Notes under the pieces: generated by a model
The model's input: the letters and a program-made list of their open reading frames with translations, nothing else
What the model was told of the DNA's origin: nothing
Databases searched by the model: none
Program-made: the position numbers and the translations under genes
Part shown: positions 29,901-41,690 of the stretch, one piece after another
Layout of the letters: each line of letters opens with the position of its first letter
Position numbering within the stretch: the stretch's first letter is position 1
NCBI GenBank assembly: GCA_030141605.1
Contig: JAQGDQ010000180.1
Location: 372,696 to 436,695, forward strand
DNA length: 64,000 nt
Origin: Tubiluchus corallicola
Lineage: Eukaryota > Animalia > Priapulida
Direction of reading: 5' to 3'

Positions 29901-32900
29901 CATTTTTTTCTTGTTCTCAAACAAGATTCTGCTAGTCAATCTCTCCACGCACAGACTAATGCATAGTTAAGTTAAAGTCCACGTAAGATAACTGAAGTTA
30001 CTGAACTGATGAGGCAGACGGCTTAAGTTACATTTTAAAACGTGTTACTGTGGTACACTTAACCTCTGATCTAAGGTGTGAAAGAAACTATGAAAAGGTT
30101 TATTTGGTATGTTAGTTAGCCTCTAATAAAATACTAAACCCAAAATTGCACGCACTGACTTTAACTGCGTGCATTGAACGATACCGCCATCTATCCATAG
30201 AAACGCGAAATTTTATAGTGCTAATTTAACCACCTAAGTGGACTAGTTACTAGGCTTCAAAACTCACATTGTCGCATTTTATTACTTTTCCACAAATAGA
30301 TGGCAGGCATACTGTATGCGTTCCGAATTTAAAAATATGAAATCGTCTTCCAGGTAACTGGTGAAAAGTCAGAATGGCAAATTCAGAACGAACCTCTGCT
30401 GAGTGAGGAGTGCAGCCGCTACGGACAGAGAAGCCTGACTTGTTGGAAGCACAAGAAATCTATGCTACAGATGAGACAGATGATTGTTGACGTACAATAC
30501 CATCAGGTGGGTTTGGAATTTTGATCAACAAAACAGGTAGCACCTTCTCCAGATTTTTCAACACTTTTCTGTGGTCCATTCCAGAGACCTGCACTGATTG
30601 CCTCTTGAGTACAGTCCGGCTCATACTTACATATCAGACCTTCTTAAACTATATGTGCCTCGCAGAGCATTAAGAGCTAGCTCAAGCGGAAGTAATATTG
30701 AAATCCCACGTACCAGGCTTGTCACTTGCGGTGATGAATCATTCACTTCTGCTGCCCCCAAATTGTGGAATTCTTTGCCTCTGCGATTACGCCTGGTCAA
30801 GTCGCTTGGATAATTTTTAAAAAGTCTGAAAACTTACTATTTTAATGAAGCCTTTTGTGGTTGAGCTAATCTTGTATTTTTACGATTGTACATGTGCATT
30901 GCTTTTATTATTTTGCTAAATTTTCTGTGTTTTTATTATTGTTCCTTTTTGTCATATTCAACGTACGTTTAATCAATCAATGTGCCGCGGTCTTACATAT
31001 CTTAATAATTAATTTTTTAGTAATTTTGACGATCTTTTATTTGTAAGATGCATTCGATCATCGTGTAAAATGTAGTAAAAATATTCAATAAATTCTTATT
31101 AAATTATTATGAATTGGTTTAGCTTCTGTGATTTTCAATGGCTTCTTTTACAGATTCCACTGTGGTTGAAGAAGTACATGTATCTGAACAGTCTGAGGCT
31201 CCTGAACTACGTGTACAACGACATCACTGCTTTTGAACTAAAAGACACGGGCAACTTGGTATTCCCCGATCAGTTTAGAGTGAGTGGGAAGATTCCTGAT
31301 ATTTTTATACTATTAGTTTAAAATATGCTTTGCGTCACATTAAATTACACGTAACACATAACTTGTACTATTCCTGGGTTGCATTTAATTTTATTTCAAG
31401 GGGAATTTCAAAGATCTTTTGCAGTGAAATCTAGTTATCTCCCAATAATTTTTTTTCAAATTAAGGTTTTTTCAAAATTCGACAGTATTTAAAGTATTCA
31501 TTTTCAGGTTATCACGAGAATTTTGCCAAACAACCGCCAGGTGGACATTGTCGTTGACTTCCCCAACATGAAGGTGACGATGCTTCGCGTTCCACTTCCC
31601 GTCCAACTAGAGCCGTTTTCGCATCGCCGCAGCATCTTCATGAATTATGTGCAATCAGTTACGATGGAAAATATTGAGCGTAAGTTATTTGTTTTTTATT
31701 TAGCTTTTTCAAAGCAATACAATTAATATACTCCAATACTCAGCCTTTTTGCTTGAATTCATTTAGTCTACTTGGAGATGATAGTTTTTAACCGAATGAC
31801 CGTATGTCGCCTTGTCTCATACCAACACCTATCTACTAGTATATCGTACACTGCAAATTGTGATATTATTAATAAAATAATATTGGTTGGCATCCTTCTT
31901 TCTCTGAAGACAATGGAGTGTGCGCCAAGAGAGTCAGTTACTGATCACATTGATGGAGCTGCAGCATCGACTGTGGCTGAACAATCCGATCCTTGAACCA
32001 CTCCAGGGCGCAAGCCTGGGCAAGGTGTATGGAGATCCTGAGTTGCCCAGACAACAGGAACCCACTCTCTTCCTCCCTGGTGTAGTCCAAAGAAAAGCAG
32101 AGCGATACGTTTGGCACCAGGTTGGCTGCAGGAGCTGCCGGAGTCAGTGAGCATGCTGCACTGGTTCGCCTTCGGGGCTCCACTCCTGATTTGGAAGGTT
32201 TACTCCTCTACACATGGCCGTTGGGCCACTTGACCTCCTCCGCCCTCTGGCCGTTGGCTGCTTGTGCAGCTCTTCCGCCTAGTGTCGAGATACAGTGTGG
32301 ACATCCCGCAAGCCTACAGCACCTGGTATTCCTAGGCGGTCACCCATCCAAGTACTAACCAGGCTGTACGTTGCTTAACTTCGATGATGAGACGAGAACC
32401 GGTGTTTTCAACGTGATTTGGCCGTAGTTAACATAATATATGATATAAAATATGATATATGACATGAATATATGATATAAAAAATTAAATTAAAACATTA
32501 TATCAGTCCCACCGTGTACGTAAGAACAAAGAACGGTTCACAATGTCAGCAAACGTTTCTTTTTAACATACGTCACTTCCTATCCCACAATCCAGTGCTT
32601 TAACTTAACTAGTATAAACAATCATTACCTATATTCTTTTTCTTTTATCACAGCGTACTGCAAGTTGACCCCAGACAACAAACTACGTACTTTTGACGGC
32701 GTTACCGTTGATCTGCCGATGCCGCCTACGTGTGAACACGTCTTAAGCAAAGCGTGCAGCGGTGGAGAGGAGTTCATCGTCATTCTTGCTAAGGATGAGA
32801 AGACCCATCAGAAGGTTTGTGCTTTTACTTGATGTAAAGCTACCAGGTCTATGCGTGGTTGTCTTGGACACTAGACATTTGTCAAATCGGGTTTCTATAG

Positions 32901-35900
32901 GAAAATTAGGACATTCTTTTAAATTGTCACTGTTATGTCATTAATTAGTTCTAAACTTTTATTATTCTCTTATTCTAAACCCCCATCTCTGGCCAGTCCT
33001 CTTCGAAAATGCAATTCATAAGTTTGGAATTTCGAAGGAGAGTTGAGATGTGATTGTGACTGTTCTTAAAATGTGACCCATCATGGTGACTGAACTTGCT
33101 ATGCATTGTGGTATATAACGTAAAGTTCTTTCATAAAGGCAAGCTTATTGTCTTAGATAAATCCACTCTGACACTTTGGACACACCGCTAGTGATAGAGT
33201 TGGAAATTTAAATTTTACTGAGGAAGTACAAAGTACGCTTTGCAGTTTTGCTTTAATGTTTAGCGCTAAGTTGAGCTTAACTAAGCGAGTTTACTCATCA
33301 ATAGACGTAATTTCAAGGTAACGTGTGGTTAGTGAAAAGAAGATGAACCACTTTAATCGTTAGCAACTTAGCTATTGTGACGGAACACAAAAGAATTCCC
33401 TTCATAGCATATGGTGTTCTCAGAAATCTTTATTTCTGTATATAAAAAATGAAAATAATAAATTTGACTGCTTTCACTGCTTACAAATTTATAATGATCT
33501 AATTATTATAATTTAAGACAATAAAAGTGAATATTACTCACATCGTGCGGTTATAACAACTTAATACATCATTGGAACGTCATACTAGTTTACAGCAAAT
33601 CAGGTAGAGACGCTACAAATAATTACTTGAAAAATTATCTAAACATTATTTAACGTTTGCTGAGGCTTCTGTAAGCGTGTTTAGTGAGGCTCAACCTAAT
33701 TTACACACTTCACAGGTAAAATTAGAGGTAAGTTCACATAGGTGCTGCCACCTACATGTTAAGGCCAGAAACTGTTATTAAACTATAAAGCTATTAAACG
33801 AAAAACAGCTACTTTTTAAAGTTATCCTAGCTTTAAGAAAAATAATTAGTTTACGAACAAAATGTTGATCGAGCAAATATCGTTCAAGATGTTGAAGATC
33901 TACGTTGAAGGCAAGAAGATCGAAATCAAACCACAGATGACGGTGCTCATGGATGGCAAACCAGTCACCGATGATGTTGTTCTTAAGTACGTATGATTTA
34001 AACAGATAGTTGAACTAATACTTCGTTAATTTAAACACTGTTATTCGTGATATTATAGCTTCTGTGGGGCTTTAGAAATTACTGCAGACAAAAGCAGTGG
34101 AACAGCTAGAACATTAAATATGCAAGAACATTCAGTTTGTGACACGTATAACGCTCTTTTGCAGATATAGTCACAAAGTCTTTATAGTCACTATAGTCGT
34201 TTTACTTGTAATCAGAAAGAAAGAGACCTACAAACCTAAAAATGAAAGAGATATGAAATGAAAGAGAAATGAAAGAAATAGCAGATTGTAAATAAATTTA
34301 GACACAATTCGTTGACAAACTTGATAGCATAGTTCTCTTCCGACATTAGTCAGACTTTAACAATATCTACTGATGTGCTTAGTTAACATTTAAGTGCAAA
34401 TTCGTATGTGACGTTTCCAGGAAAGATCCCAAAGATCCAAAGAGCAAGGAAATGTTGAAGTTGCTGTTTGATTCCAACGCCAAGAAACATTTGACTGTGA
34501 AAGCACCAATCGTGGGTCTTGAAGTCCAGACTGATCTTGAGAGCATCCAGATTAAGGTAAGCAATTACTACTTACGATGAAAATAGTTTTTTATCATAAA
34601 AAAAGAGTTTTTGTTGCGGAACCTATTGCCTAAGTAGGTTGTCCTAAATGCGTTTGTTTAATCAGTTTAGAGCTCAGAGAAAAAATGTAACAATTTCGGT
34701 GTAAGTTTTGCACAAATGGAAAGTTTTGCACGAGACAATCTGATGTTCTGCTACAATTATCATAATATTAACTTCAAAAAATCAATAATTTTAGTACATG
34801 TATATCAGAAATTAAGTCTTAACGTAAGACTTTGATTATTTAATGCTCACATAACCAGCATATTTTTACAACAACGAAACTTGGGGCTTAACGATCACCG
34901 AACACAGGTTTGATACGTTTCACAGAGGCCTTCTAAGGAAAGTTTTAAAGATAAGATAGCCATACGTAACAAAAACTGAAGATTTATACACTAGAACTAG
35001 AACTACACTAGAAATTTTTTGGAGATCAAAAATCAAGATCTGAAGATTAAGGTGGCTAGGACAACTTTTAAAATTACCAAATGAAGCACCAGTAAGAATC
35101 GCCTTAAAGGAAACCTTAAAACCTTGGAAAAACCACCTAGTAAACCTAAAACAACTTGGATAGCTAAGTTAAATAAAGATGTTCAACAACTTCAACCAAA
35201 TCTGTCTTTAGGAGTAGAAGAACTTATGCTGTTAGCTGCAGATAGGAGTGGGTGGAATACTCTAGTAAATGTTGATACCTCAATGCCTACAGTACACAGT
35301 AGATGAAATGAGACCTTGAAAAAATATCATAATGAAACGGGCGATTTTTTTCCTTGTTTTTTGTCTTTAATGCAAAATTGTCTTACATTTTGCTACAGCT
35401 GTCCAACATGCATCGCAATAAGCACTGTGGTATGTGTGGAGACTTCAACTCTGAGATGGAAAAGGAAATGACTGGTCCACAGATGGAGATCTACCACGAC
35501 ACTCAGGCATTTATGAAAAGCTACATGATCCCATCGGACCTGCCCCAATGCTCGCGCCCTGATCTGATAACTCCAATCCAAAAATCATGGGATTACAGCT
35601 GGAGCACTTACGATCCGTATACCCTGGAGGACCCATTCAGACCGCATGTTCATAACGAACAGGTAATTTAAGCCTTTGATGTCAATAACGAAAAGGTTGT
35701 TTATATTAGGGTAAAACGCTGTTGCTTATATACTCCAATAGTTCTGGTGTTGTCCGTAATATTAGTAGTAATCTACGTAAATTTCCACCAACGTAATGAG
35801 ATGATATAATTCGTTGTCATAATTTGCAAAATTTAGAACTACAAATTTATGAATTTTTCATTTACATTTCGCGTTTTATAGAGTTCATGGCGCACAAGCG

Positions 35901-37291
35901 AGGACATTCGCCGACCGTATGAACAGGTATGTTTATATAACTATTCAATCACATTTAATTCAAAATAAGAGCAATTAGAAAATTACTGGAAGCGGTTTTT
36001 GCAGTGAAAAAGCGCAGAAGAATATTTGGTAAGGTTTCTTTGTACGGAAAACTTTGCGAGCACCACATTTTCTAAGTAAAAATTCTTTCGAAAAGCTAAA
36101 TTGTTCAACTGTTTTAGAGAGACATGCTTGATTCCTCCTGGCGCACCGGAAGAGAGGTTTTCGACTCCGACTTCGAACCAATTAGGACTGAACAGGTAAA
36201 CAAAGAGCACATTATACCAAATTGTACATGGCAATAAAGTTTCCACGTATTGAAAGCTAAGTATTGACATGTATCATGGATGTAAAATGAATGAATAAAC
36301 AAAAAGTGGTATTCGTAATTAACAGCGATCAATAAGCCTTTTCACAGTTTCATTGGTCTAGGTCAAAGGTTAAGTTTACAACAGCAACGTTTGTTAACTA
36401 GAACTATTATGTGACATGTGGGTAAAACAAGGCCATCTGCCGCATCAGTTCACTAACTTTAGGTATTTTACTTGGACTCCACTTATTTATGCATTAATCT
36501 AATTATGCTTTCATGATATCCTTTAATATTTTGTAGGACACACAGAGGACAAAATGGTATGAAGACGAGGAGCCACTTTACGAAGACAGGACATCTTTTC
36601 TTGAACCACGTGTGGACACCCCATTTAATGTTGACAAGACAATAGATCCACTCAATCGACTTGGCCACCAGCAATATCAGGTATTGATGCAGTATTGATT
36701 TTGCTAAATTTTATCCGTTTGTGTCAAAGGCAGTTTTAATGATGTAGACCTTAAAATGTGCTGTCAAATAATGATGGCCGGTATGTAATATGGTACACTC
36801 TGTAAAACTTTTGGGCGGATGAAACGACACTTATCCTAGTTTTTATAAGAGTACACCATGTGGGCCTTCATGGTGGCAAGTTTGTCATTGTCTTGCAAAA
36901 AATATGTTGGAGACAAATTTACTAAAATCAAGAATCCCTTTTTCAGGAACCACTTTTTGAGCCCGTCAAGACAGACTTCATTGATGACGCTTTTGACAGC
37001 TACAGTGGCAAGGTAGAGAAGACACTTGTGGTGCGCGCCACCCGGGGTATCACAGGACCTGAGCAATACTGCTTCTCCGTTTACCCTGTCTCACAGTGCA
37101 AGGCCGGCTACGAATCAACCTCCGTCATCAGACAGAACATCAGATTCAAGTGCAAAGACATCACCGACAGCCAAGCCCTGTCTCTAGTCAGCAAAAGCAG
37201 AAGCTCAATTCTGACCAGTTCTGACTTTACCTTCCAGGACACCGTAGTCGAGAAAATGATGGAGATTCCACGAGGTTGCCGAATGTTGTAA
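14922..37291 (+). CDS. Vg: Vitellogenin (large lipid transfer protein superfamily): signal peptide, LLT/Vitellogenin_N, DUF1943-like region, vWD, Cys-rich C-terminus; 36 exons, 1819 aa
   Basis: Exons, all GT-AG and phase-consistent (sum 5460 nt): 14922-14967, 16162-16203, 16488-16550, 16721-16866, 17514-17678, 17861-18043, 18178-18393, 18601-18749, 18865-19048, 19422-19606, 19785-19950, 20223-20360, 20866-21066, 21825-22042, 22185-22276, 22991-23115, 24188-24343, 24779-24899, 25222-25477, 26129-26288, 26896-27051, 27664-27816, 28379-28540, 29096-29197, 29543-29695, 30354-30506, 31154-31279, 31508-31679, 32654-32814, 33889-33986 (weak AAG acceptor), 34421-34556, 35399-35662, 35882-35926, 36118-36195, 36537-36680, 36947-37291. 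Motifs: MKTIILVALVGLAFG signal; GQEYVFDYETQVLTGIP; ESIEGRCKTAY; LKSVGNSG; ELRIAAF...EPSLQVGSFVYS; PTHVGLPL; vWD C..RTFDG and CGMCGDFN; C-terminal CFSVYPVSQC. Confidence 0.93.
14984..15408. repeat. 33-34-bp minisatellite, about 12-13 copies, at the start of Vg intron 1
   Basis: Unit ~ATGTTAGATAGTATACTAAAGGATTGCGTTCAC. Confidence 0.95.
19087..19340. repeat. 42-bp minisatellite, about 6 copies, in Vg intron 9
   Basis: AAAGAGTAACTATTGGATATAGTTAACCATTAACAATATCTT at 19087, 19129, 19171, 19213, 19255, 19297. Confidence 0.95.
20467..20882 (+). repeat. 94-bp tandem repeat spanning the Vg intron 12 / exon 13 junction
   Basis: Acceptor AG ends at 20489, 20583, 20677, 20771 and 20865 (the real one). 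Confidence 0.95.
21166..21612. mobile_element. Penelope-like element fragment with inverted pseudo-LTR arms and hammerhead cores
   Basis: Arms ~21170-21275 and ~21488-21610 are inverted and carry CCA-CTGATGA...GAAAC-GTTTG cores. The body matches 22620-22960. Confidence 0.8.
22455..22965 (+). mobile_element. Penelope-like element 3' fragment (GIY-YIG C-terminus + pseudo-LTR)
   Basis: Decayed frame SSINGHICASGH*ADFNDFSIVTRATKNWDLLIKENLSMYPNKPSLNVQSSSIPF resembles PLE endonuclease ends. It is followed by the same LTR as in 21290-21610. Confidence 0.8.
23590..24213 (+). repeat. 62-bp tandem repeat (10 copies) spanning the Vg intron 16 / exon 17 junction
   Basis: Unit TTCATTAAGAAATATGTAATGTTATAACTGTACCTTGTAG|GCTGGAGTACGCATGCAAGGAG. 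The first AG ends at 23629 and the last at 24187 (9 x 62 apart). Confidence 0.97.
25806..26016. mobile_element. Small MITE-like inverted repeat
   Basis: GATGCGGATGTGTTTT ... AAAACGCATCCGCATC subterminal inverted arms. Confidence 0.45.
26322..26783 (+). mobile_element. RTE-like LINE 3' fragment with a (GAA)n tail
   Basis: Decayed IRKLRWLGHLLRLP...IRIALKEAL frame with tail GAAGAAGAAGAAGAAGAA; second copy at 34827-35320. Confidence 0.75.
27870..28330 (-). mobile_element. CR1/L2-like LINE 3' fragment
   Basis: Minus frame ...SQLKGDLFSRSIIDDPSCS resembles the Cys-containing C-terminus of LINE ORF2. Confidence 0.45.
28570..29012 (+). mobile_element. RTE-like LINE 3' fragment (second family)
   Basis: ISNKDLYEKVKEEPWTRKIKRRRLRWVGQMLRLPADIPGKIAL, followed by a TGA-repeat tail. 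Confidence 0.75.
29790..30068. mobile_element. MITE with 18-bp perfect TIRs
   Basis: CAGAGGTTAAGTGTACCA ... TGGTACACTTAACCTCTG. Confidence 0.8.
30600..31100 (+). mobile_element. L2-clade LINE 3' fragment
   Basis: YISDLLKLYVPRRALRAS...GDESFTSAAPKLWNSLPL..FLKSLKTYYF is a typical L2 ORF2 end, followed by a T-rich 3' UTR. Confidence 0.75.
31886..32429 (-). mobile_element. 5S-rRNA-headed SINE (SINE3 type) in Vg intron 28
   Basis: A full-length 5S-like head (32429-32310) runs with no T-tract terminator into a ~425-bp GC-rich body, in AT-rich flanks. Confidence 0.8.
32310..32429 (-). pseudogene. 5S rRNA-derived sequence (SINE head)
   Basis: Minus strand: ACTACGGCCAAATCACGTTGAAAACACCGGTTCTCGTCTCATCATCGAAGTTAAGCAACGTACAGCCTGGTTAGTACTTGGATGGGTGACCGCCTAGGAATACCAGGTGCTGTAGGCTT; box A, IE and box C recognisable. 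Confidence 0.9.
34827..35320 (+). mobile_element. RTE-like LINE 3' fragment, same family as 26322-26783
   Basis: Colinear similarity; KPKTTWIAKLNKDVQ...LAADRSGWNTLV. Confidence 0.75.
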
Positions 37292-37839
37292 ATTATTAAT
37301 GGTTTAAACGGCTAAGACTGGTACTGTACTCCCCCCATTATTGCATTTATGTCCAGAGAACAAAGTAATTATGCGAACAAACACTTTATGACTCTTGTAA
37401 AAATTCTTGTTTTTGTACGAATATTAGGAAAGCTTATTGTATTTGTCATTGTTAAATATTATTAATACGGCTGTTGTGTTAATGTGACGGATTGCACTCG
37501 CCTTTTCATTGCAAAAACGTTTATCGTAGTTCTCTTTTTGGTTATAGACATATCCTATGTATGTATTTAGCTAAGGGAATATTTTATATATAAAAGCTAA
37601 GCATAGTTGTTGGGTAATAACTAATGAGGTTTACGTAAATTTTTATCGGAAAAGTCGAATTTTTACGATGCAGTATTACGTATAATATTATTATATTGTA
37701 TGCAATGAGTAACAGAGTTACACTGAATTATTCACTGCAAAGTCAATTTATACAGGCAAAATTAACTTTCGCTACTTTGTGCCAGTAATCTTTAATAATG
37801 AAAACTTTGTCCAAGTGTTCGTCGCAAAGCTGCATGTGC

Positions 37840-37864
37840 AATAAAATAGATATACGGTAATAAA
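37840..37864 (+). terminator. Candidate Vg polyadenylation signals
   Basis: AATAAA at 37840-37845 and 37859-37864, about 550 nt after the stop. Confidence 0.6.
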
Positions 37865-37932
37865 ATGTATTTATGACCAGCAGTTAACTTGTACGATTTT
37901 ATGAGTTAATTTCGTCAAACTTTAATTTGTTC

Positions 37933-38120
37933 ACAGGAAAAATGTTCACAACACCAGTGACTAGCGCCACCTGTACTCACATATTAAATACAATACAGGA
38001 AAAAATGTTCACAACACCAGTGCCTAGCGCCACCTATCTCACACATTAAACACAATACAGGAAAAATGTTCACAACATCAGTGCCTGGCGCCACCTATCT
38101 CACACATTAGACACAACTCA
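37933..38120. repeat. 61-63-bp minisatellite, about 3 copies
   Basis: Unit ACAGGAAAAATGTTCACAACACCAGTGCCTAGCGCCACCTATCTCACACATTAAACACAAT. Confidence 0.9.
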
Positions 38121-38265
38121 GAAATAAGTTTATAATATTGGGATCTAACACCACCTGTGCACGCAGACTTCCTATCTCTTACAAATTTCTTTTTCTAAAT
38201 CGAACCGATTCTCCCTGTTTACGTAGCACTCCTTCTAAATCCAATATTTCCTTTATGCATTCTTG

Positions 38266-38267
<2 letters not shown>

Positions 38268-38336
<69 letters not shown>

Positions 38337-38392
38337 GTCTCTCTCTCTTTCTCTCTTTCTCTCTTTCTTTCTCTCTCTCTCTCTTTCTCTCT

Positions 38393-38439
<47 letters not shown>

Positions 38440-38469
38440 TCTCTCTCTCTCTTCTCTCTCTCTCTTTCT

Positions 38470-38500
<31 letters not shown>

Positions 38501-38513
38501 GTCTCTCTCTCTT

Positions 38514-38566
<53 letters not shown>

Positions 38567-38632
38567 CTCTCTCTCTTCTGTCTCTCTCTTCTCTCTCTCT
38601 TTCTTCTCTCTCTCTTTCTCTCTGTCTTCTCT
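38268..38632. repeat. (CT)n microsatellite
   Basis: Visible CT runs. Confidence 0.97.
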
Positions 38633-38639
38633 CATATCA

Positions 38640-39305
38640 TATAAATACACGTATAATCAAAAATACGCAAACATTCTACCCAGTGTTTGTCTACTTACCT
38701 AACGCAAAACCAGTAGCAGCAGCTTTTACTGAATTAAAGCTATAGGCAGATTATAATGTATGACGTCAGAACAATGGCTTTGCGTCAGCAGTTTTCCAAG
38801 CGAAAATTGCCAAAAATAGAATAATTAACTCGTCGGCACTCCTCTTGGTGGACGTGTCCTAAAATATGGCCCACATCGTCGTGTAGCCCCGTTCTTCCTC
38901 TTTCTAGAGAGCTATATATCTCCTTCTGAAAGACCCACCAGGCACCGCTAGAACGTTTTTTCTACAGGGTGTTTGACCAAAATTTCGAAAAAATCGCGAG
39001 TTGGGTCCAGGAAAACGCCCGTTACGGGATGCCGTGGCCCTCTCGCGAATTCTAAATATGCCTATGACACCCACCGCTGAACGGCCGGCACCGCCCGTTC
39101 CAGCCGAAGTTTTGCAAAAAAAACAGCGGAAAATTGCCATTTTTGGAGGGTTTTTTGCCCCCGTTCGTCCCGGTGGACCCGATTCGAAAAAATAAAGCAC
39201 CAATTGCTTGACACTAGATCGAGACCTTTCGTTTGATGTATAGATCGCCGCAAATGGTACCGTCGTCGAAGCTGTAGCCTCGAATCTTATATATATATAT
39301 ATATA
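38640..39305. mobile_element. Unclassified interspersed repeat ending in (TA)n
   Basis: The 5' part matches 7846-8090; CpG-rich body; (TA)n at 39288-39305. Confidence 0.55.
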
Positions 39306-39359
39306 CCAGTAGAATTAATATATGTCGGCTTCTTTAATGTGCCACGGTAGCAAATTTAA

Positions 39360-39944
39360 AAGAAAGGTCAAGCCTTTTAGGAGGTTAAGCTTATTTCAAT
39401 GTTCGTGAAAAATGTTAGAAGAATTTAGTAATAAAATTGCAATAAGCGCCTCGTGTAACTAGTAAAATCACTTTGAAGTCACGATCACTTCATGTTTGAG
39501 TGCTCCCATTTTCAAAACCTATTCGTCTTCAAATGACGTCATTTGTCCCGAAGAAAAGTAGCGCACTGTCAGTCTTCATCATAAGTAGACAGACTTTTAA
39601 CAAATATATTATATACATCATAGCAAACTTTTACAGAATAACTAGATAGTTAATTTTGCAATATTTTTGCATAAACATTAGGTAAGCTGGAGAAGTTTGA
39701 ATTAGTTTAAGTAGCACGCGCTTACGGAAAGCCACGACGCGCTTACGAAAAGTCACGAAATCTCCCAGTTACGTCAAATGAATGGCGGAAACCACCACAC
39801 CGCAAAAATTTCTATTCACAAATGGTATATTTTACATTTATGCTTTATAGGCAGTTCTTTGAAAATTTCTTTGTTATACTTTTCTAAGTTTAAGTGACAA
39901 CAGAAGAATAAACCCAACATACTGAGTGACTTGTTCTTTCTTTT
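39360..39944. mobile_element. Kolobok-like MITE, family D copy 1
   Basis: ttaa|AAGAAAGG ... CTTTCTT; colinear with 59059-59608. Confidence 0.75.
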
Positions 39945-40449
39945 TAGGAAAATTCAATGAAATTGCATATATGTTTATTTATTGCCTAAAATACAATAAA
40001 CAGAAAAACCGAGTTTTCACGCCTGAAAATGCACCCAAAAAGCATTATATACACAAGAAATAATCCTGTAATATATCTGTAACATTTTACGAGTAAATGA
40101 ATCAACGAAGAATGAACGAACGAATAAACAAAAGAAGTCACTGATTAGTTAATTAGTCAGTCAGTTTTATTTGTTTGAACAATCAGAAATTCAGAGTAAT
40201 ATTGACCAAGCAATCAACCAACCAGACGTCCCACTGACTAGACAACTGACAAGTTACTAATATTTTGCTACAGAAAAACAAGAAGAACAGACAAACAAAC
40301 AAACAAAACGAGAAGAAGCGACTTTTGATGTAAAAGTTGTTAGCACAGTTAGTGAATCTTTGGGAGTGATATAATGGAACAAGTTATCCTTAAGAAGAAC
40401 GCTAATGAAGAACCCTGGTTATCTTCAGAAAGCGACGCAATTCGGGACC

Positions 40450-41185
40450 TAAAGAAAAGGGGCACCTGAAGTAGGTTTCGGAAAAATCGCCGGAAAATTA
40501 TACTACTTTACAGCATTTTTATGCATATATCGCACTCGCGTGGAACGAAATCTTTGTTTGTCTTCATTTTAAATCTCCCGCAATACTGTTCCTTAGTCGC
40601 CATTACATGACGTCATATACGCACAACGTAAATCAGGGGAAGAAAAGGAAATGTTAAATTATGACCCAAAAAACTTTCCTTGAAAAAATATATTATTTAG
40701 CTTTTCGCTTACCAGATGGAAAGACTTATGTAACTAGAAAAATAATTTAAAATGTTCGTGCCAATTGGTAAAATGTCGCTGGCTCACCCTCTAGAGTGCG
40801 TCACTCACTAACCAAAAACATATTTTTATATTGAGAAGATAAAGTAATTTAAGTTACTAAATCAATTAATTCTAACTATCTACCTTACTAACTAACTTAA
40901 TACTAACTAAATTTTACTTTGTTAGTAACGTGTGTGCTTACGAATGCTCTGATTATTTTTTCAAAATTTACTTAATGTTATCTGAACTTGTTTAAAACGA
41001 CCCAAAATTAAAACGGCTGCGTCTAACGGTCATCGCGGGAGTTTTATACAGCGTTACTGTCGGCGCAAGCCCTGCATGCAAAAAAAACGCAATAAGTAAG
41101 TGGTATAAAATTTCAAGAGGAATTTTTAAAGCTTTGTGTAAATGGAGGGTTTCGTTGTGCTTTAAAAGCTTGCAACATGTCAAGT
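40450..41185 (-). mobile_element. Family C element, inverted copy
   Basis: Reverse complement of 6500-7170 and of 60262-61930 (minus the nested insertion). Confidence 0.8.
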
Positions 41186-41690
41186 TACAGGATGTGTCCA
41201 AAAGTTTTGTAGTGAAGCATCCTAAGTCGAAATGTGTGGGTCTATAGCGAAAAACGGTTACTTTGTGCTCAACATAGGCCCAATCGCTCAAGTACTCACT
41301 AGCAGTGAGCAAAAATATAGGCTTACTAGCCTAATGGTTAATCCGCCCCTGTGTTCTCCATGTAGTAGACGCACAGGATGTAATACCAATACCTTATTCC
41401 CCTGCCCAATATATCATGACGTAAATAATTTAAATGTACTGGCTGTTATTATTCGTTTATTAAAGTGTGACCAATAATGACTGACCGGCTGAGTAATTTG
41501 TTTGGCTAATGGCTTGAAACCTGGCAACCTGCAAAGATACTTTTTGTTATAAGGATTATATATCACACCCGCTTTGCGACGTGATCTGTATACATAAATT
41601 TTTTATTTGCTTGAGCCGACATGTTAGTTTGACTAACGTCATTCCGGGGAGTAGTATTCACTTTGTTTGATTGTGGCTGAGGTTTCAGAT

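Larger units (their letters stand above)
37394..38632 (+). repeat. Vg 3' UTR and flank; copy 1 of a local segmental duplication
   Basis: Direct repeat of 49923-51406. Confidence 0.92.

Noticed and set aside
31772-32358. Several short ORFs in Vg intron 28
   Set aside because: They fall in the GC-rich SINE body and have no recognisable motifs or splice support.
32310-32429. Functional 5S rRNA gene
   Set aside because: Single intronic copy with substitutions, no T-run terminator, and fused to a repeat-like body.
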